Positions 61,652 to 64,000 of a DNA stretch of 64,000 nt are shown piece by piece. Position 1 is the first letter of the stretch, and every line of letters starts with the position of its first letter. A program made the position numbers and the translations under genes. The stretch lies in NCBI GenBank assembly GCA_038212275.1, contig JBBQUR010000019.1:1-64000 (forward strand). The letters run 5' to 3'. The stretch is from Planctomycetota bacterium. Its GTDB lineage: Bacteria > Planctomycetota > B15-G4. The notes under the pieces were generated by a model that was not told the origin of the DNA, did not search any database, and saw nothing but the letters and a program-made list of their open reading frames with translations.

Positions 61652-61805
61652 GGCAGAGGCTGCGGCCCGCCTCCATTCTGGGTGGGTCTGAGGCCGGGCC
61701 TGATTCCGGATGGAGGATGGCGAGGGACGCCCGGGCGAGCGAGTATTGAGGTCGGGTCGTGCTGTGCGATCCATCACGCGCCGGAGCGGTCCCGTAGTCG
61801 GGTCC

Positions 61806-62570
61806 GTGAACTCTCCGGCGCAAAAGCTCCGCAACTGGACCGGCCCCGTGACCGAGCCGACCCGCGACGACCACGAGTTGATCCGCGCGTGCCTCGAGGG
61901 CAGCCAGGAGTCGTTCGCCGCGCTGGTGAAGCGCCACGAGCAGCGAGCCTTCTGGGCGGCCTACAAGATTCTGGGCGACGCCGACGGCGCCCGCGACGTG
62001 GCCCAGGAAGCCTTCATGCGCGTCTGGCGCGCGCTGGACCGCTTCGATTTCTCAATGGCCTTCACCACCTGGCTCTACCGCATCACGGTGAACCTCGCCA
62101 TCGACCACCTGCGGCGCAACAAGCGCCACAAGGGCGTCGACATCGACGTGTTCCGCGAAGCGCTGCCGGACAAGAGCCCGGGCCAGTCGCCCGACAGCGG
62201 ACAGGACAGCCGCGAGCTGGCGCGCAACGTGCGCCTCGTGCTCGACACGCTGGACGAGAAGTACCGCACGGTCATCGCGCTGCGCGATCTCGAGGGCCTG
62301 TCGTCCAAGCAGATCGCCGACATCACGGGCATCGCGCACGCCACGGTGCGCTGGCGCCTGCACGTCGCGCGCAAGCAGTTCCGCGAGGTGTGGAATCGCC
62401 TCGAGACCCGCAACGAGAGCCGCGCGCATCGCGAGGCGCTTGCCGAGGACGATGATGCGACCCTGCCCGGCCTGGAAGCCGCCGGCAGCCGCGAGGGCTC
62501 GGCCCGCGAGACCGGAGCGCGAAAGCCCGGCACACCACACGACACCAGCACCAGGAAGCGCACGCCGTGA
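61806..62570 (+). CDS. ECF sigma factor (SigW/RpoE-like)
   Basis: FAALVKRH, DVAQEAF, FTTWLYRITVNLAIDHLR, LRDLEGLS..IA...TVRWRLHVAR; start uncertain (61806 or 61848). Confidence 0.9.
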   Translation: MNSPAQKLRNWTGPVTEPTRDDHELIRACLEGSQESFAALVKRHEQRAFWAAYKILGDADGARDVAQEAFMRVWRALDRFDFSMAFTTWLYRITVNLAIDHLRRNKRHKGVDIDVFREALPDKSPGQSPDSGQDSRELARNVRLVLDTLDEKYRTVIALRDLEGLSSKQIADITGIAHATVRWRLHVARKQFREVWNRLETRNESRAHREALAEDDDATLPGLEAAGSREGSARETGARKPGTPHDTSTRKRTP

Positions 62571-63361
62571 TGTTCAGCCGCACCAATTGCCGTACCGTGA
62601 GAAACCTGCTGCCGCTGCACGTCGGCGGCGATCTTCCGCCGCGCCAGGCGGGCACCGTCGAGGAGCACCTGCACACCTGCCTGCCGTGCTTCCGCGATTA
62701 CCGCGAACTCACGGCGATGCGCGAGCGCCTCGGCGTGCTCACGGAGCAGCCGCTGCCCGAAGGAGTCCTGGATGGTTTCGCCGACGAGATCATGGCCCGC
62801 ATCGCGGTGGGCGAGCCGGGCCCGCGCGCCGAACTTCCCGCGTCGATGGAACGCGCGCGCCTGTGGCCGCGCTACGCCGCGGCCGCCGCGCTGCTCGTCG
62901 GCCTGGGCCTCGGCATGCACGCCGCCGGTGCGTGGAGCGCAGCGCCCGTCCTGCAGACGGAGACTTCGCCCGTGGCCTCCGATGTGACCTCCGATGTGAC
63001 CTCCGATGTGACCTCCGATGTGACCTCCGATGTGACCTCCGATGTGGCCTCCGATGTCGGCGCGGATCCCGGCCCCGTGGCCGCGGCCGATGACCTGGGA
63101 ATCTTCCCCACGCCCTTCGATGACTCGAGTCCGCATCCGCTGGCCGTCCCGCCCGTCTACGACGTGCAGGGCCATCCGACCGAGGTTGCCTCCAGCGGCC
63201 GTGGCATGCTGCCAGCCGGTGCGCGCGGCGGGATGCCGTCCTTCACCGAGGGCGCTCGCGTGCTGGTCGATGCAGCCGGTTCGCGCATCGTGCTCATGCT
63301 GCCGCAAGGCGGTGGCCTGCAGCCCGAAGACGGCCGCGAGCTGCGCCCGCGCGATCCCTGA
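62567..63361 (+). CDS. Zinc-binding anti-sigma factor (zf-HC2) with a TM helix
   Basis: NCRTV...HLHTCLPC (HxxxCxxC); TM; overlaps the sigma stop codon. Confidence 0.88.
   Translation: MMFSRTNCRTVRNLLPLHVGGDLPPRQAGTVEEHLHTCLPCFRDYRELTAMRERLGVLTEQPLPEGVLDGFADEIMARIAVGEPGPRAELPASMERARLWPRYAAAAALLVGLGLGMHAAGAWSAAPVLQTETSPVASDVTSDVTSDVTSDVTSDVTSDVASDVGADPGPVAAADDLGIFPTPFDDSSPHPLAVPPVYDVQGHPTEVASSGRGMLPAGARGGMPSFTEGARVLVDAAGSRIVLMLPQGGGLQPEDGRELRPRDP
62972..63055 (+). repeat. 12-bp in-frame tandem repeat x7 (VTSD/VASD)
   Basis: GTG(A/G)CCTCCGAT x7. Confidence 0.97.
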
Positions 63362-63428
63362 CGCGCCGGCCACGGCGCACACAGGCTGACTCGCTGTCTC
63401 CGCACAGCCCCGGAGGTGGGCGGGCATC

Positions 63429-63634
63429 ACCTTGAGTCCTGCGGAGGCTTAACACCTCGAACGCGCACTCAGGGTTACTGCCCTCCTTCGGTGTCGTCGC
63501 AGCGCCCAGCTTCAATGTGGGAAGAGCATTGAAGGGGTTGGCAGGACCGCTGCCGGTGATAGGCTGGGTGAAAGGCACGCAGGATCTCGGGGTAGGGCTT
63601 CGGCCGCTCCCGATGCTCCTCGTCTGAAGGAGCC
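63429..63634 (+). ncRNA. Candidate structured cis-regulatory leader RNA
   Basis: Several nested stems, a C-UUCG-G tetraloop and an anti-SD stem (see findings); no Rfam family recognised. Confidence 0.35.
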
Positions 63635-63639
63635 ACTCG

Positions 63640-64000
63640 ATGCGCTGGCAGTTGATTCCAAAAATGTTGTGGTTCGGGACGCTTCTGACTGCCACGGCAA
63701 CTCCGCAGCAGCCGCTCCTGCAACTTCAAGGCCAGCCGTACTTCGGGGGCAGCATGACACTGCATGTCACGGCTCCCGGGGCAGTCGGGCAACCCGTGCT
63801 CCTGGGTTTCGGCCTCAATCCGCTGCCGCTCAGTGGACCCATCAACACGGGCAAGGGGCCGTTCTACATCGGGAACCTGACGTCGGTCATCGTGCTTGGC
63901 GCGATTCCGGCCAACGGGCGCTTCGACTTTCCGTTCACGATGCCTGCGCCGATCGCCGGTGCTGAGGGAATCGCGATCAGCCTTCAGGCGTATGTCGCGT
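63640..64000 (+). CDS. Secreted protein, truncated by the window end (absent from the ORF track)
   Basis: GAAGGAG RBS; open frame MRWQLIPKMLWFGTLLTATATPQQPLLQLQGQPYFGGSMTLHV...GIAISLQAYVA runs to the window end. Confidence 0.75.
   Translation, partial: MRWQLIPKMLWFGTLLTATATPQQPLLQLQGQPYFGGSMTLHVTAPGAVGQPVLLGFGLNPLPLSGPINTGKGPFYIGNLTSVIVLGAIPANGRFDFPFTMPAPIAGAEGIAISLQAYVA

Noticed and set aside
61806..63361. Second ECF sigma/anti-sigma pair as a novel system
   Set aside because: Standard SigW-like sigma with a zf-HC2 TM anti-sigma.
63385..63580. Cobalamin or c-di-GMP-I riboswitch
   Set aside because: Fragments (ACTGCCC, GGGAAG, GGTGAAA, GGGTTAC) are present but in the wrong order, or lack the core GGCAAA/GACGCAAA motifs; kept only as an unclassified structured leader.

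Overview
High-GC (visually ~70%) bacterial window, most likely from an uncultured Planctomycetota lineage. Supporting features are the planctomycete-type GroEL body, the PurS-fused PurL, an ECF sigma/Ser-Thr kinase pair, and FG-GAP/CRTAC1 secreted proteins. The first ~1.85 kb looks actinobacterial (cupredoxin-like gene, CIRCE, groES, 5' groEL1) and appears to be joined to the rest inside the conserved [11 protein letters not shown] motif of groEL. Contents in order: a heme A/O and copper maturation cluster (including a CtaB-SCO fusion); a Bacteroidetes-style arginine operon with no argA/argJ but with a DUF1611/DgcN-like gene and a succinyl-type transcarbamylase; a MacB-like ABC exporter; a peptidase; an ECF sigma + Hanks kinase module divergent from a membrane-anchored PspA-like gene; two paralogous coiled-coil mini-lipoproteins; several secreted beta-propeller proteins that share a ~100-aa terminal domain; GNAT-sulfatase-GNAT genes; rmlC; an aryl-CoA monooxygenase/reductase; an MBL-rhodanese fusion; an olsB-olsA-dinB-NRDE-argE2 cluster; rpiA, purQ, purL and accA; an ECF sigma/anti-sigma pair; and a structured leader before a truncated secreted protein. 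Two patterns recur across the window: in-frame tandem-repeat insertions in enzymes, and probable leaderless genes. No rRNA, tRNA, CRISPR array or transposase was seen. All calls come from reading motifs by eye; no database search was run.
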